Below, piece after piece: positions 13,635 through 27,364 of a DNA stretch of 64,000 nt. Below the pieces are notes generated by a model that saw only the letters and a list, made by a program, of their open reading frames with translations, made no database searches and had not been told where the DNA came from. Made by a program: the position numbers and the translations under genes. Numbering within the stretch: the first letter of the stretch is position 1; every line of letters begins with the position of its first letter. The stretch comes from Eledone cirrhosa (lineage: Eukaryota), in contig OZ024753.1 in assembly GCA_964016885.1 (NCBI GenBank), positions 19,716,001-19,780,000 on the forward strand, written 5' to 3'.

Positions 13635-14351
13635 CTGTGTATGTTTGTGACTGTGTGTATGTCTGTCTGTGTGTGTATACATGTAAATATGTGTAAGTGT
13701 ACAAGTGTGTGTTACTATGAATAATTACTATTTATTCTATTCATGAATATGTATGTGTGAGACAATATTTTTATTATTCCTCATTATAATGGGACTGCCG
13801 TTGTTTTGCTGATTTTATGTTACTCTGTATTAATGCAGTTATTATATTTCATTTTACTGTCAAATCCTATTTACTGCCTTTATTTGTTTTATATATACAA
13901 CGAGAAGTTTCCTTTCGACCTTCCTTCCCATAGAATATCTCAATTTGTTGTAAATTGAGTTCAATATAGTTTGAACTTCATACCCAGACAGACGCCAATA
14001 GGATTATCAATATTACAGCAGGTCGATTATTATATTTAGACAGGCAATTAAGGAAATAGAATATATTTTATATATAGCCCTCGACATTTAGAAGAAAAAA
14101 ACTATAACAGTATCAAGTAATACACGAGGTTACTAATGTTCTAGGTCCACAATATTAATGTGATATTTGTGACTGGGAGAATAGATATCTTACGACCTCT
14201 GCAATAAAGCATACAAACTAGACTAGTAAACAGTATGTAAAGCCCTATATACAGACACACAGACTCTAGAAATATCATATATATTTATATATGTTTGTGT
14301 GTATGAATATATATAGATAATATATATATGTGTGCGTGTGTATATATATAT

Positions 14352-14470
14352 ATAAAACAGAAGTAACATCCAAACACCAACCAGATGTGAGAAAAAACAT
14401 AAACCCTCTATCTCAATTATACTTCAGAAAAGCAGAAGAACTGCGAAGCCGATAAAGGAACCAAATAAAT
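14352..14470 (+). mobile_element. Family G pLTR-like fragment (decayed hammerhead)
   Basis: Homologous to the reverse complement of 51098-51215. Confidence 0.7.
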
Positions 14471-14500
14471 ATATATTTTCATATATATATTAAATATTAA

Positions 14501-14589
<89 letters not shown>

Positions 14590-14616
14590 TAAATTGCTCA
14601 ATATATATATATATAT

Positions 14617-14847
14617 AAATTAAATTGCTCAACAAACAGATATTTATAGGGAGTTAAATTATGAAATGAAGCAATGGAGTAAAAGACTCACTTATCGTGT
14701 TTTCTCTCCTCTCTATATTTTCAAGAGACCGGAAATTTTTCCTTAAACTCATTATATTACAGGGACCAACGCGACTCCTTTACTCCGTTACTTCATTTGA
14801 TAGTTTAGCTCCTTAGAAATTTCTGTTTGTTGAGCACAATTTAATTT
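14617..14847. repeat. Diverged inverted repeat opening a (TA)n-flanked cassette that runs to ~15290
   Basis: TGCTCAACAAACAGA..GGAGTAAA pairs with TTTACTCC..TCTGTTTGTTGAGCA. Confidence 0.75.
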
Positions 14848-15303
14848 GAATGGTCATAGGCTGCAATTTCTAGCAGTTTTATTTTCCATTCAGTCCACTA
14901 GATACTGTCTGAAGTACGTATTCTTCCTTATCTCTACCCACGTGCGAACGACTAGTTACCTAATTTCTAATTAGACGTGTAAGATATATTTTCTGAAATA
15001 CCTGCTGACGGTCTATGGGTAATGTGATTATTGTAGTATTTAGTGAAACAATCCGTCCATGGGACTGTGCAGGTGTCAGACTTATGAAGGTATGTTTTAC
15101 ATTTTAATTAATCTGTTTAGTTATAATGTATTTCCTGTACCTTTTGCAGTTTTTATGTCTTTCACTCTAGTGGTAATTTACCCCTGTAATGAAAACATGT
15201 GTGTGTGCCTGATGGTAGCTAGGATGCTTCCATAGGCGGTATGCCGGTTGAGCACTCTATGCTCTTACAGAGAAGAGTATGATATAAATATATATATATA
15301 TAT

Positions 15304-15450
15304 AGGAAAAGTTCGAGTCCCCGGCGGCAGAGCTCAAGCCGTTTCGACGGCTATTTCTTGAACTTTTCCTATTACCCACTCTACTAACCTAAGTATTGAG
15401 TACTCTGGTGCGTTATGGTCCATCTGGTTCCTTACCACACTTCCTTCGTT
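15304..15450 (+). mobile_element. Hairpin element family A, copy 4 (right arm largely deleted)
   Basis: GGAAAAGTTC..GAACTTTTCC plus family A tail. Confidence 0.85.
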
Positions 15451-15505
15451 ATATATATATATATATAATAATTATAAAATGTGGATAAGGAACACTCGAG
15501 TTGGA

Positions 15506-15594
<89 letters not shown>

Positions 15595-17310
15595 AGAAAA
15601 TAGGGAGAAAAAGACGATTATTAGGAAGAAAAATATAGTTTTTCCTTTTATTTTTTTCTCTTTTTTCTGTGTTAGAAAATGTTTAAAACAAAATATTTTA
15701 CTTTGTGTGAAGTGTTAAGGTATTAGTTAATTTATTTATTAATTAACAATGGCATTTATTTTTATCTTTATAATTTAATAATTGTCTATTACCGGTTTCA
15801 GCATTTTATGCATTATCAAAGGTTTGTATTGGTGTAAAATGTTGGTGATGGTGTACACGTTAAAGTAATGGGGAAGAAAGGGTAATATTATTTACAAACA
15901 AGGTTTTTGAAGTAAAAAGAAAAAAAGAAAAAAAAAGAGGGTTATGTAGAACATGAAAAGGTAATGGGAAAGAAAGAATAATATTATTTACAGGCATAGT
16001 TCTTGAGGATAAGTAGTTGAAAATGTGTTATTATGGCAAGAGCGCTTGGTTGGTCCATAAGACACGCAAATGGTAGTCTGGGGTTTGATATGATTTCCCT
16101 TTTTAGAGAGTTAATATGCAGGGGAGAGTGAAATGAGAGGGGATAATTCATTTATATAAGAAAAAGGATTAGGTAGAGTGAGAGGGAGGTAACTCTTTAG
16201 AGAACATGGGAATTGGGGCTTTGGTTCATTGTTCGTTCCAGTTTTAGTTTAGTCCGAAGTTTAGTCCATTAAGTAGATGTTGGAATTTGTTAATGAAGTA
16301 CGTTTCCTTATTGGTACGATGGATGAAAGAAGCATTGTCTATGAATAGGAAAAATTGTCTATAAATAGGAAAAATTTTAAACTTTGGATGTTGGTAAGGT
16401 GTACAATTGGCGATATGTTCACTAACAGCAATCTTTCTGTATTCCAGTATTTTGATTTGTGATCTATGGACAGTCATACGTTGTCGGAGGCTGTTAAAGT
16501 TGTATTTAACTGTGAAATGTTGTACTTGTTTAAAATGGAATGTTGAACCTTCTATTAGATTTATTCATATACCACAGTTGCGCCTTCCACATCTTTTTAC
16601 TGTAGGGTTCATTGTGAGGGTTGGGTGGATTTTGGCTTGTGTGAGGATGTTTTTTATGGATTTAGATTGTCTTTTGCTCTTTATGATGTTGTGTGTTTGG
16701 AGGATTTTTTTCATTCTTGGGTTTCTTTTTAGTAAAGGAATGTTGTGGAGGATGGTGACGAATGCCTCATTGTTGAGGGGGTTGTGTAGAGTTTTCTGTT
16801 GCGGTTCATTCCTGGGTTGGGGGTGTCTGAGTTCCTGGATGTTGAGTTTTAGTGCACATTGGAATCCATTGTTGATTAGGGATGCTGGGTAGTTTCTGCT
16901 AAGTGTGTTCTTTAATTCTTCTAGTCGTGTGTAGCATGTGTATTTATCTGAAACTATTATGCAAATCCTTCTGGTTAGGTTATAAGGAATTGCCATTTTG
17001 GTATGGCGACGGTGGCATGAGTTAAATGGAAGATATTGTTTGGAGTCTGTGGGATTATAGTATATGTCTGTTTTTATTTTGTTTTTTGTTTTCTTGATGA
17101 GAATATCGTGGAAAGGGAGTTGTTCATGGCTGTAATCCATTGTAAATTCTAAGTTTGTGTTGAGTCCATTTAGAAGGGTTTTGAACTCAATCAGTCTTTC
17201 TATACGTTCATGTCAGAGGATGAAGGAATCGTCCAGATATCTCTTCCATGTTTCTTCTATGTGTTGGTAGAAGTGGTTGCCGTATTTGTCTAAAACATTT
17301 CGGTAGAGAG
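15595..17310 (-). mobile_element. Penelope-like element, Neptune-type, 5'-truncated (RT C-terminus, Cys linker, partial GIY-YIG, 3' pLTR)
   Basis: WKRYLDD, LPF.DI, TDIYYNPTDSKQYLPFNSCH, CGRRNCGI, LRQRMTVHRSQI, VSEH, KETYFINKF. Confidence 0.9.
15786..15822 (-). ncRNA. Minimal hammerhead, U3-A8 variant
   Basis: Minus strand: TTGATAA-T-GCAT-AAA-ATGC-T-GAAA-CCGG-TA; stem I weak. Confidence 0.6.
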
Positions 17311-17320
17311 TGGTTATATA

Positions 17321-17416
<96 letters not shown>

Positions 17417-17575
17417 CGTTATCTTTATTTCAATTATAATTGATGGACGGTGTTGTACTTTAAATTATGGTGAAATTACAAGTAACGCCTGCAACTAGTA
17501 TTTCCTGATCAGATCTGTTTTCTTTTACTATTAAAAAAAACAGGACTTGGTAATGAATGAAAGCCAAAGAGAGAA

Positions 17576-17620
<45 letters not shown>

Positions 17621-17639
17621 TACCTCCTTATGAACACTA

Positions 17640-19995
17640 CCCCTGACGCTGCAAAACAGGGCCGACCAGAGAGGAGCCGACCCATTGAATGCCAGAAACT
17701 GACATATAAAATGTATACAGCCTGCCTGAATCTATTCCTCCTAGATCACCGTGAAAATAATAACATCATCACAGATGAACAAGCAGCTGGAAAGAAAGGT
17801 ATTAGGGCGTGTGCTGAACAATTCATAATCAACAAACCTGTGATGTCGGAGGTGCGACAACTAAAGAGGAATATGGCTACAGTCTGGCTAGATTAGAGGA
17901 AAACTTTCCATTCTGTTCCCCATTCTTGGATGATATGGGCCCTCCGACTTGCTAAAGTCCCAGACATTATTATCAGAGCCATAGAGAAGATGTCTTCATC
18001 TTGGGCTGCTATCCCAAAGTTAAAAACAGAGAAGGAGGACTCTATTTTCACTGATAAAATAAAATATCGCAGGGGTATATCTCAGGGAGACAATCTCTGT
18101 GTTAAATTATTCATCCTGCCATTAAACCCCTTGTCCTTTCTCCTCAAGAAATATGAAGGATACATCATTGGCTCACAAGAGGACAGAAGTACGAACTTAA
18201 CCCATAATTTCTTTGTGGATGATCTGAAACTCTATGCCAAGGACGTGGATGGGATGAAAAAAAATCTTGACCCGGTTACAACATTCTAAAAGAATATAGG
18301 AATGGGGTTTGGCAAAGATAAATGTTCATATATGACTGTAAAGCGGGGAAAAACAACAACCCAATCTAGCAACATTGTCATCAACGGCCTAACTGTTTCA
18401 CCGATATCTGACGAGGACTGCTACAGATACCTGGGGATAGATGAGAACATATCCTATAATGGTATCTGTAATAAAGAACGCGTAACCAGGGAATACTACA
18501 CACGATTAAGATAGATATGGTCATCGGAACTCTCTGCGCACAATAAAACAGTGTCTCACAATGTGTTTGCTGTGCCTGTCCTAACACCAACGTTTGGAAT
18601 ACTTGATTGGATGACAGACAAAATCCGAGCAGTTGATGTTAGGACTCAAATAATACTAAACAACAGCGGAAACTTCCACATCTACAGTGACATAGACCGC
18701 CTTTACCTGAAACATAAGCAGGAAGGCAGAGGCCTAACATCAGTCCAGACAGCATTTGAATGTCGCATCATATCTCTCCGACAACATCTACGAACCTCGA
18801 AGCGTAGGAGTCCGTCTGCGGAACGAGCCTATCTACATGATGAGACAGGTAAGATCATGAGAGTTGGGAAAGAACTCCTTGAACATTATTCCCTGCGTAA
18901 TAATCAAAAACTCACACCCAGGGAAGTTGCCCAGCAGTACTGCGGTGAATCCATGGAATCCTAGGAAGCTCTAGAGTGAGAGTAATATAGATAAACAAAG
19001 TAGTCTATCTTGGACCAACAACCGCTATATTGGCTCCCACTTTGAAGGATACGCTTTTGCAATCCAAGAACATACATTCATACATGAAGAACATACATAC
19101 ACACATACATACATGAAAGCAACAAGAAATATATGATTCAGAAAAGAGATATAGATGCAGGCAAAACACCTAGATGTGACAAGTGCAGACTCTGCAGAAC
19201 TAACATCGAGGATATCACCCATGTCATAAGCAGTTGTCCAAAAATGTCATCACGGTACTATCTATCCACGAGGCATGATGTAGTGGCCAAAACACTGAAC
19301 AATGCAATCCGTAGATAAGATAGCCCCGATAATAAACACATTAAAAGCTACAGCAAGGTGGAAAACATACATATACATAATATGAAAGAGTACTGGTGGA
19401 ATGTTCCAATCAAAACGCCAATATAATGCAGGCATAAGAGACCAGATATTATAATATGGGACAGGGAAAAGAAGGCATACACAGTAGTGGAAGTTAGCTG
19501 CCCAGCAGATGCCAGTATAATATCAAAGATCGGCGAAGAGGAGAATATTTATGCAGAGCTAATGTGAAATCTGCAGATACTCCACCCTGATTACACCTTC
19601 AGATTTATGCCTGTGATTATTGGGGCACTGGGATATGTCAGTAACTGCCTCAATAAAAATCTTAAGGGAACAGAAAGAGCACAACTAGTTAGGAAATTAC
19701 AAGAACAATCCATTAATCGAAAAGTAAAATTATGTAGAACATTCCAAAATTTCTGCATGTAATAACTGCATATACACATGTACATATACAAGGCATATGC
19801 ACATGCACACATATAATTCAAAACATACACATTATCACTTACAATAACATCCATACCTGCACGCACATGCATGCAGACATGCAGACATATCTACCTTGTT
19901 GATGCTGTGTAAACAGCAATGAGAGCGTCTAGTAACTATATTAGAAACCGAATCTCTATTGGCAAAAATGTTTGAAATTATATAACCAGAAGAAT
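17640..19995 (+). mobile_element. R4/Dong-type RLE non-LTR retrotransposon, degraded
   Basis: RPI.C, EQAAGKKG, GISQGDNL, FFVDDLKLYA, YRYLGI, DRLYL, CRLC..HVISSC, RHD, RPDIIIWD, GALG. Confidence 0.92.
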
Positions 19996-20009
19996 ATATA
20001 TATATATAT

Positions 20010-20401
20010 ATACAATATATTAACAAATGGAAACTCTATTTATAAAACCATATTTATTTCATTATACATAGTTCAAGGGCCACCAAAGCAGATTATGGTG
20101 CGCTTTCATTGGATAAAATATAATATAGATTAGTTTTATAAATAAATAGTGACATACCCTGAAATAATGCAACCTTCACAGTTGGAGTCTCCTGGATATT
20201 ATATTTTAGCTGATGAAAGCACACCATAATCTGCTTTGGTGGCCCTTGAAAGATGTATAATGAAATAAATATGGATTTATAAATATAGTTTCCATCTGTT
20301 AATATATTGTATAGTTACTCCAATAATTTGTTGAGTGCTTTATATCAGTTATAAAAATATTTTGCTTTTTGTATCCCAACAAATCAAATATAACCTCTAC
20401 A

Positions 20402-20405
<4 letters not shown>
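20010..20405 (+). mobile_element. Family B fold-back cassette, hammerhead at 20202-20267
   Basis: Arms ~20010-20126 / 20195-20312 plus tail; TATTTTAG-CTGATGA-AAG..CTT-GAAA-GATGTA-TA-ATGAAATA. Confidence 0.85.
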
Positions 20406-20469
<64 letters not shown>

Positions 20470-20472
<3 letters not shown>

Positions 20473-20736
20473 ACTTCTGGTTTTATATTTTTTGCCAATA
20501 GAGAGAGATTCGGTTTCTAACATAGTTCCAAGACTCTCTCATTGCTGTTTACACAACATCAACAAGGTAGATATGTCTGCATATCTGCATGCTTGCATGT
20601 ATGTGCAGGTATGGATGTTATTGTGTGATGATGCGTATGTTTTAAATTATATGTGTGCATATGCACATATGTAGTAATTGCATATACACATGTACATGGT
20701 TATATGCAATTATTACATTCAGAAATTTTGGAATGT

Positions 20737-20737
<1 letters not shown>
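20470..20737 (-). mobile_element. R4/Dong 3' end fragment (same family as 17640-19995)
   Basis: Reverse complement of 19740-19993. Confidence 0.85.
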
Positions 20738-20815
<78 letters not shown>

Positions 20816-20963
20816 CGGAGAAAGCTATTAGCGATACTCCGGCCAAATCCCAACTCACTCAACAATCATTAGGAAATGACTGAGTATATTCCTAATTAAA
20901 CGTTCGGGGTGCTAACTAATTGTACTGTGTGGAAAATTGGCTGTATCATTTCATATATATATG

Positions 20964-21004
<41 letters not shown>

Positions 21005-21292
21005 ATTAAGTAAAATATGTAAAATTTGGCTTCATTTATTATACATTATAGATAAACTGCTATATATATTTCGGTGACAGCCTCTGACCTCTACAGGCAG
21101 TTCGAATTGGTGTAGGAAGGACAGGTACGCATGTTGTTGAAGTGTGTTTTACTCTGTCAATACATCGATATGTCCAGCTCCTGATTGTGTTGTTATTTCT
21201 CTGAGGAACTGGAATCAATCTGCATACTGAAGTGTCGGTAAACAAACAACAAATATTCAAAATGTTTATATATATATATATATATATACAAT

Positions 21293-21742
21293 TATATTAA
21301 ATAAATGGAAACTATATTTACAAAACCATATTTATACTATTATATATATTTCAAGGGTTCCAAAAACGTTGGTACGCTTTCATCAGATAAAATACAAAGT
21401 GCGGTTTATAAATGTTGACATAGCCAAGGAACATATCTGAACAATTTTGAAGAATCTGTCTCTAAGTCCACTATCCAAGGACAATTTCAACCGTTAAAAG
21501 ATATTCCTTGGCTATGTCAAAATTTATAAAACACACTTTGTATTTTATCTGATGATAGCGTACCAAGGTTTTTGGTAACATTGAAAGATATATAATAGAA
21601 TAAATATTGTTTTTATAAATATAGTTTCCATTTATTTAATATCATTGAATATTATACTCCAGAAAAAATTGTCGAGTGCTCTGAATCAGTTATACACATT
21701 TATATTTGTTGAATTATCAACAAATTGAATATCCCTTCTGCA
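21293..21742 (+). mobile_element. Family B fold-back cassette with hammerheads on both strands (~21332-21394 minus, 21541-21602 plus)
   Basis: Arms 21293-21437 / 21498-21642; CTGATGA..GAAA in each arm. Confidence 0.85.
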
Positions 21743-21806
21743 TATATATATATATATGTATATATAATAAAGAATTCATATCTAGTAACATATACATACA
21801 GATGCG

Positions 21807-22050
21807 GTTTGCTCTGATCAGAGCAAACAGCACGGACACTCTATCTCAAAATTATTTTTGAAAAGCATTTAGAAATGCGCAACCGGTAAAAACTTAAAAA
21901 CTTAAAACCACAACTGAATACTAACCCATACAATCACTAATACTCTTTTATTCCTAATTAAACCATTTTTCAACTGTGAACAATATGTCAGCATTTTCTA
22001 TTCCGTTTAGCAATATATAATAACTTGTGTGTTACACCTCTATTCTTTTA
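21807..22050 (+). mobile_element. Family H cassette with variant hammerhead (21855-21891)
   Basis: 5' mini-palindrome GTTTGCTCTGA|TCAGAGCAAAC; TTT-TTGAAAA-GCAT-TTAGAA-ATGC-GCAA-CCGG-TA-AAA; homologue at 50629-50825. Confidence 0.7.
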
Positions 22051-22581
22051 ACTATATATATATATATGAAATTGAGCCATATATTTAAGTGTATTGGTTA
22101 TTAGGTTTTACCTAACTAAAATAATACAATTATGTACTAATGAAGCAGCGATCTATATTTTAAAGTTTGTTGTATGCTTTCAGCGTACAACAAACTTTCA
22201 TGTTTTGTTAACTGAAATATTTGAAGTTGCAGGTAAGATTTTCATATCCTTCAGAAATTTAGAATCAATTTTAATATAAATAATTAACTTTATTAGATTT
22301 ACGTTAATATCTAATTTATATGAGTCTATAGGAAATAGTAAATGTAGCCTATATACACATATACTTTCTCACACATACAGACATGCAAACACTGGAAGAC
22401 TCAGACACTCACACAGCAATATATGCGTGTATCTCAGCCTTGAAGAGTTTATCTATTCATTTATAGAAATGTATAATATATGTACATGTGTGCTGGTGAT
22501 CGTTCAATTAACATGACTGAGTTTCTACACTTGTGTCTCTCTTTTAAATCCTTAAACTATATATATATATATATATATATA

Positions 22582-23068
22582 CAGAAATATCCACGGTAGG
22601 TTGTGGGTTCTAGTCTGCATGAAGAACTCAATGTAATCCATATGTTGAAAATGTTGTAGGTTAAAATAAATCCCGGAAAACAATAAAACATTAGAAGGAA
22701 AACAGAGTCATGATATAAATGAAATAAAAATTCAAGTCATTAGAAATATACTTCACTGCTTTACGATCGTTTCTAGGTGATAATAATACATCGTAAGCTT
22801 ATTTCGTTATCGATCTATGTAAGGTTAGTTAGAAAATATCAGATAAGGAATATATTTACTTACATGTATCTCATCACCTGTTGTCAAAACATTGCTTTTG
22901 ACAACAGGTGATGATATACATGTAAGTAAATATATTCCTTATCTGATATTTCGTAAGTTAACTTACATAGATCGATAACGAAATATGCGTACGATGTATT
23001 ATTATCACCTAGAAACGATCGTAAAGCAGTGAAGTATAATTCTAATGACTTGATTTTTTATTTCATTG
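22582..23068 (-). mobile_element. Fold-back cassette (palindrome 22718-23068) with long-stem-II U3-A8 hammerhead
   Basis: 22893-23028: TGCTT-TTGACAA-C-AGGTGAT...ATCACCT-A-GAAA-CGATCG-TA-AAGCA. Confidence 0.8.
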
Positions 23069-23072
23069 TTTT

Positions 23073-23137
<65 letters not shown>

Positions 23138-23145
<8 letters not shown>

Positions 23146-23690
23146 ATACTTTGGGAGGGTCATGTTGCCAATAAGAAACACACGCACCAGTTGCTTTCAC
23201 TACAGTTTATTATAAATTAAATTATAAATTAAAAAATGTTTTTATAAATTTCCGGCTGGTTGGTTGGTTCCACAACGGGACGGTTGTTCATATATTGTCA
23301 AAGTTCTTTCGTCACACATTATTTGACCTCATCAGTGACCAGGCATGTTTTTCTTTGTTTTCTGCCTCTCCTTTGTTCTGTCCTACGCGATCTTGTTTTT
23401 TTTGTGTGTTGTGTTCTTAGTTTGCGCATGTATTACACAGACACGGGGATGTAACACATGCGCAAACTAAGCACACAACAGACACAAAAACAAGATGGCG
23501 TAGTACAGAACAAAGGAGAGGCACAAAACAAAGAAAATAATCCCCGGTCACTAATGAGGTCACATACTGTGTGACGAAATTTATAATTTTTTTTTTTTAT
23601 TTATAATTTAATTTATAATAAATTGGAGTGGAAGCAATTGGTGCGTGTGTTTCTTATTGGCAACATGACCCTTCCAAAGTATAACAATAT
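23138..23690. mobile_element. Family C head-to-head inverted pair; hammerhead 23297-23339 (minus)
   Basis: Both ends are the family 3' terminus CCAAAGTATAACAAT; minus strand GTCA-CTGATGA-GGTCA..TGAC-GAAA-GAAC-TT-TGAC. Confidence 0.85.
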
Positions 23691-23814
23691 CGGTTTCAAC
23701 ACACGTTTTCAGATAAAGAATATTGCTAAACAATTTCAGAAACGAAATATCTATATATCTATATATATATAGTACTCGTAACCTGTAGCTGGATTACCCT
23801 AAATGATAACTTAT

Positions 23815-23892
<78 letters not shown>

Positions 23893-23895
<3 letters not shown>

Positions 23896-24387
23896 CATAT
23901 TATTTTATTTAACAATGATAACAAAGTCAAGTTATTATACATATCTCATACATTGTTTTACGATCGTTTCGGGCTGATCACATCGATATATTGGCCAATC
24001 TATAGCAGTTACAGAACTGATTATTATCAGACATAATACATTGTTCCCGAGGAAGAGAGTATGATCGAACCCCTATATTATATCTGACAATATAGAGTTC
24101 TCTAACTGCTATAGTTAGGTCAATATATCGATATGATCATCCTCCGAAACGATCGTAAAACAATGAATGAGATATGGACAATAGCTTTCCTTTGTTATCA
24201 TTTTTAAATAACTAATATGTTATATATCATACACTGTAAATAAAAGACTGACTCAGCGAAATACAAACCTAAGAGTTTCGTAGCTAATATCCAATGGAAT
24301 CAAACACAGGATCTCACTGAACTACATTCCAACGGATTATATTGAGTTCTAACTACGGTATAGACCCTATCACGAACGGTAGACCAC

Positions 24388-24392
<5 letters not shown>
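23893..24392 (+). mobile_element. Diverged fold-back cassette (arms ~23893-24035 / 24080-24222)
   Basis: Both arms carry GAAA-CGATCG-TA, the 3' half of a hammerhead. Confidence 0.75.
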
Positions 24393-24728
<336 letters not shown>

Positions 24729-25104
24729 CTTATACTTATTTTTACATATATTTTTATATATATAAAGAAGGATGATTGTGTTAATGGAATATATAATGTA
24801 AAGAATGGAAAGTAAATTAGGAATATTTAAAGAAAAAAAGAGACAAAAACGAAAAAGGGAGGGAATGATATGGAGTCTAGTGTGACAGAAGAATGAGGAG
24901 GGTGTTAACATTGGGCTCTGGGCCTAGGTAGTACGGTAACGGTGTTGCCCCCTACTGACAAGACCACAAGAGCAATTCCGCGGACAATGGCCATCAACAT
25001 CACCAATGGCATCACACTGAGTAATTAGCACTCTCACAACAGACTGGCATTGACTGTGAGGAAGTAGCACTCTCACTACAGCGTAAAGTTATGACAAAAA
25101 CCTG

Positions 25105-25680
25105 CCGCAAGTCACTTCAATAGCTTGCCTCTATTTACGACCACGACGCGCCTCTCCCTACGTCAATAACGTGTCTTTAGTTATGTCAACACCGTGCCTC
25201 TATTTACCTAAAAAAAATGTATTTTGTGACGTCATCATCGTGCCTCTAATTACGTCAACAAAATGTATTTAGTGACGTCAACACCGTGCCTCTATCTACG
25301 TCAATAACGTGTCTTTAGTTACGTCAACACCGTGACTCTATTTACGACTTCAACGTGCCTCTAGTTACGTCAACGAAATATCATTAATGACGTCAACGCC
25401 GTGCCTCTATTCACGAACTCAAGGTGCCTCGAGTTACGTCGACAGAACGTCTTTAGCGACGTCAACACAGTGCCCCTATTCACGACCTCAAGGTGCCTCT
25501 AATTACGTCAACAGAACGTATTTAGTGACGTCAACACCGTGCCTCTATTCACGACCTCAAGGTGCCTCCAGTTACGTCAACAAAATGGCTTTAGTGACGT
25601 CACACCGTGCCTCTATTTACGTCAATAACGTGTCTTTAGTTACGTAAGCAATCTGCCTCGAATTACGAACCACCATTTAC
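25105..25680. repeat. 23-bp minisatellite with a 69-bp higher-order repeat
   Basis: GACGTCA recurs at 25389, 25458, 25527 and 25596; monomers such as GACGTCAACACCGTGCCTCTATT. Confidence 0.9.
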
Positions 25681-25949
25681 GCTGACAAAGTGTTGTGTCT
25701 ATTTACAGTATCTACATTGCCCATCACAATTTCTTTAAAATAAATTACTCGTCAATTTATGTTCGTAATTTAATCGATTAACGTACGCCCGGCGTTGTGT
25801 AGCCATACATGAATATTGGAAATCTATATGAAACACGAATCGATTACGTTTTCTTTTTAGCTCTTTCTTATTTTCTTAGATTAGACGTTATTTCCATTAT
25901 TATATCTTTGAAAGAAACATATTCCATACCTAACTCATGTAACTTTATA

Positions 25950-26415
25950 TATATGTGTGTTTGTGTGTGTGTGGGCATGTGTATGTGGGTGTCTGTGTCT
26001 ATGTGTGTTTGTGTGTGTGTCTGTGTGTGGGTGTCTATGTGCATGTGTGTGTATGTGTGTCTGTGTCTATGTGTGTTTGTATGAGCGTGTGTCTGTGTGT
26101 GTCTATGTGCGTGTGTATGTACGTGTATCCGTGTGTGTGTGACAGAGAGAGAGAGTGTGTGTGTTTATGTGGGCATGTGTGTGTGTCTCTGTGTGTGTGT
26201 CTGTGTCTATGTGTGTGTGTGTGTTTGAGTGGGCGTGTGTCTGAGAGAGAGAGAGTGCGTGTGTGTGTGAAGGAGAGAGAAAGAGAGTGTGTGTGTGAGA
26301 AAGAGAGGGTATATGTGTGTGTTGTGTGTGTCTGTTTGTGTGTGTGTGTGTGTGTGAGAGAGAGAATGTATATGTGTGTTTGTGTTAGAGAGAGAATGTA
26401 GGTGTGTGTGTGTGT
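25950..26415. repeat. Compound (GT)n/(GA)n low-complexity tract
   Basis: Direct read. Confidence 0.95.
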
Positions 26416-26564
26416 ATACTATAAAGAGTCTACTTCTCGAAGTATTGAGCACTCTATTGAGTAATTCTCTAACTAGTTTGAAACTGGTTCTATCCTGAAT
26501 TTTATATATATATATGTGTGTGTTTTGTGTACATATAAATACATATATATACACACACACACAA

Positions 26565-26668
<104 letters not shown>

Positions 26669-26694
26669 TTATATGTGTGTGTGCGTGTACATAT

Positions 26695-26746
<52 letters not shown>

Positions 26747-27364
26747 GTAGAAGTTATATTTAAATTGTTGGGATACAACAAGCAAATATTTTTATAACAG
26801 ATATAAAGCACTCAATAATTTTTGGACTAAAAATACAATATATTAAGAAATGAAAACTATATGAATACATTCTATGAATGAACTCATATAAAAGGTCTCT
26901 TACGGTTTATGCTTTACATATATTCTCATGAAAAACTTTAAACATTAAGACGTTATAGTAAACAAACTTATATTTTAACAGTCACAACTGTATAACAGGT
27001 GGATTTATAAAATATATAAAATTTATAAAATTATAACTTACTATAAAATAATTTAAGGTTCTCTTATAATCTTAACTTTGTTTATCATCTTAACTTTTAT
27101 AGCATGTAATCCTTAGAGGTATCTAAATTACAAATAAAACAATACATTTTCCACCACGCTGTATTGCTATTACTAAGAAGAGATTGTTCTTCGATAAAAT
27201 CTATAAACATTCCTATATTTTAAACATATATTTTGCTATTTCTCATAAGCTTTATTGTTAATTGAAAAATTTAATAGTTAATTGTTGGTTGATGATTAAT
27301 AATAAATTTATGTAAGGTTATGTAATAATAACATATATCTTGATAGTATATGTATATATATATA

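Noticed and set aside
25105-25680. CRISPR-like regular repeat
   Set aside because: Contiguous degenerate monomers, no unique spacers, no cas genes, eukaryotic context
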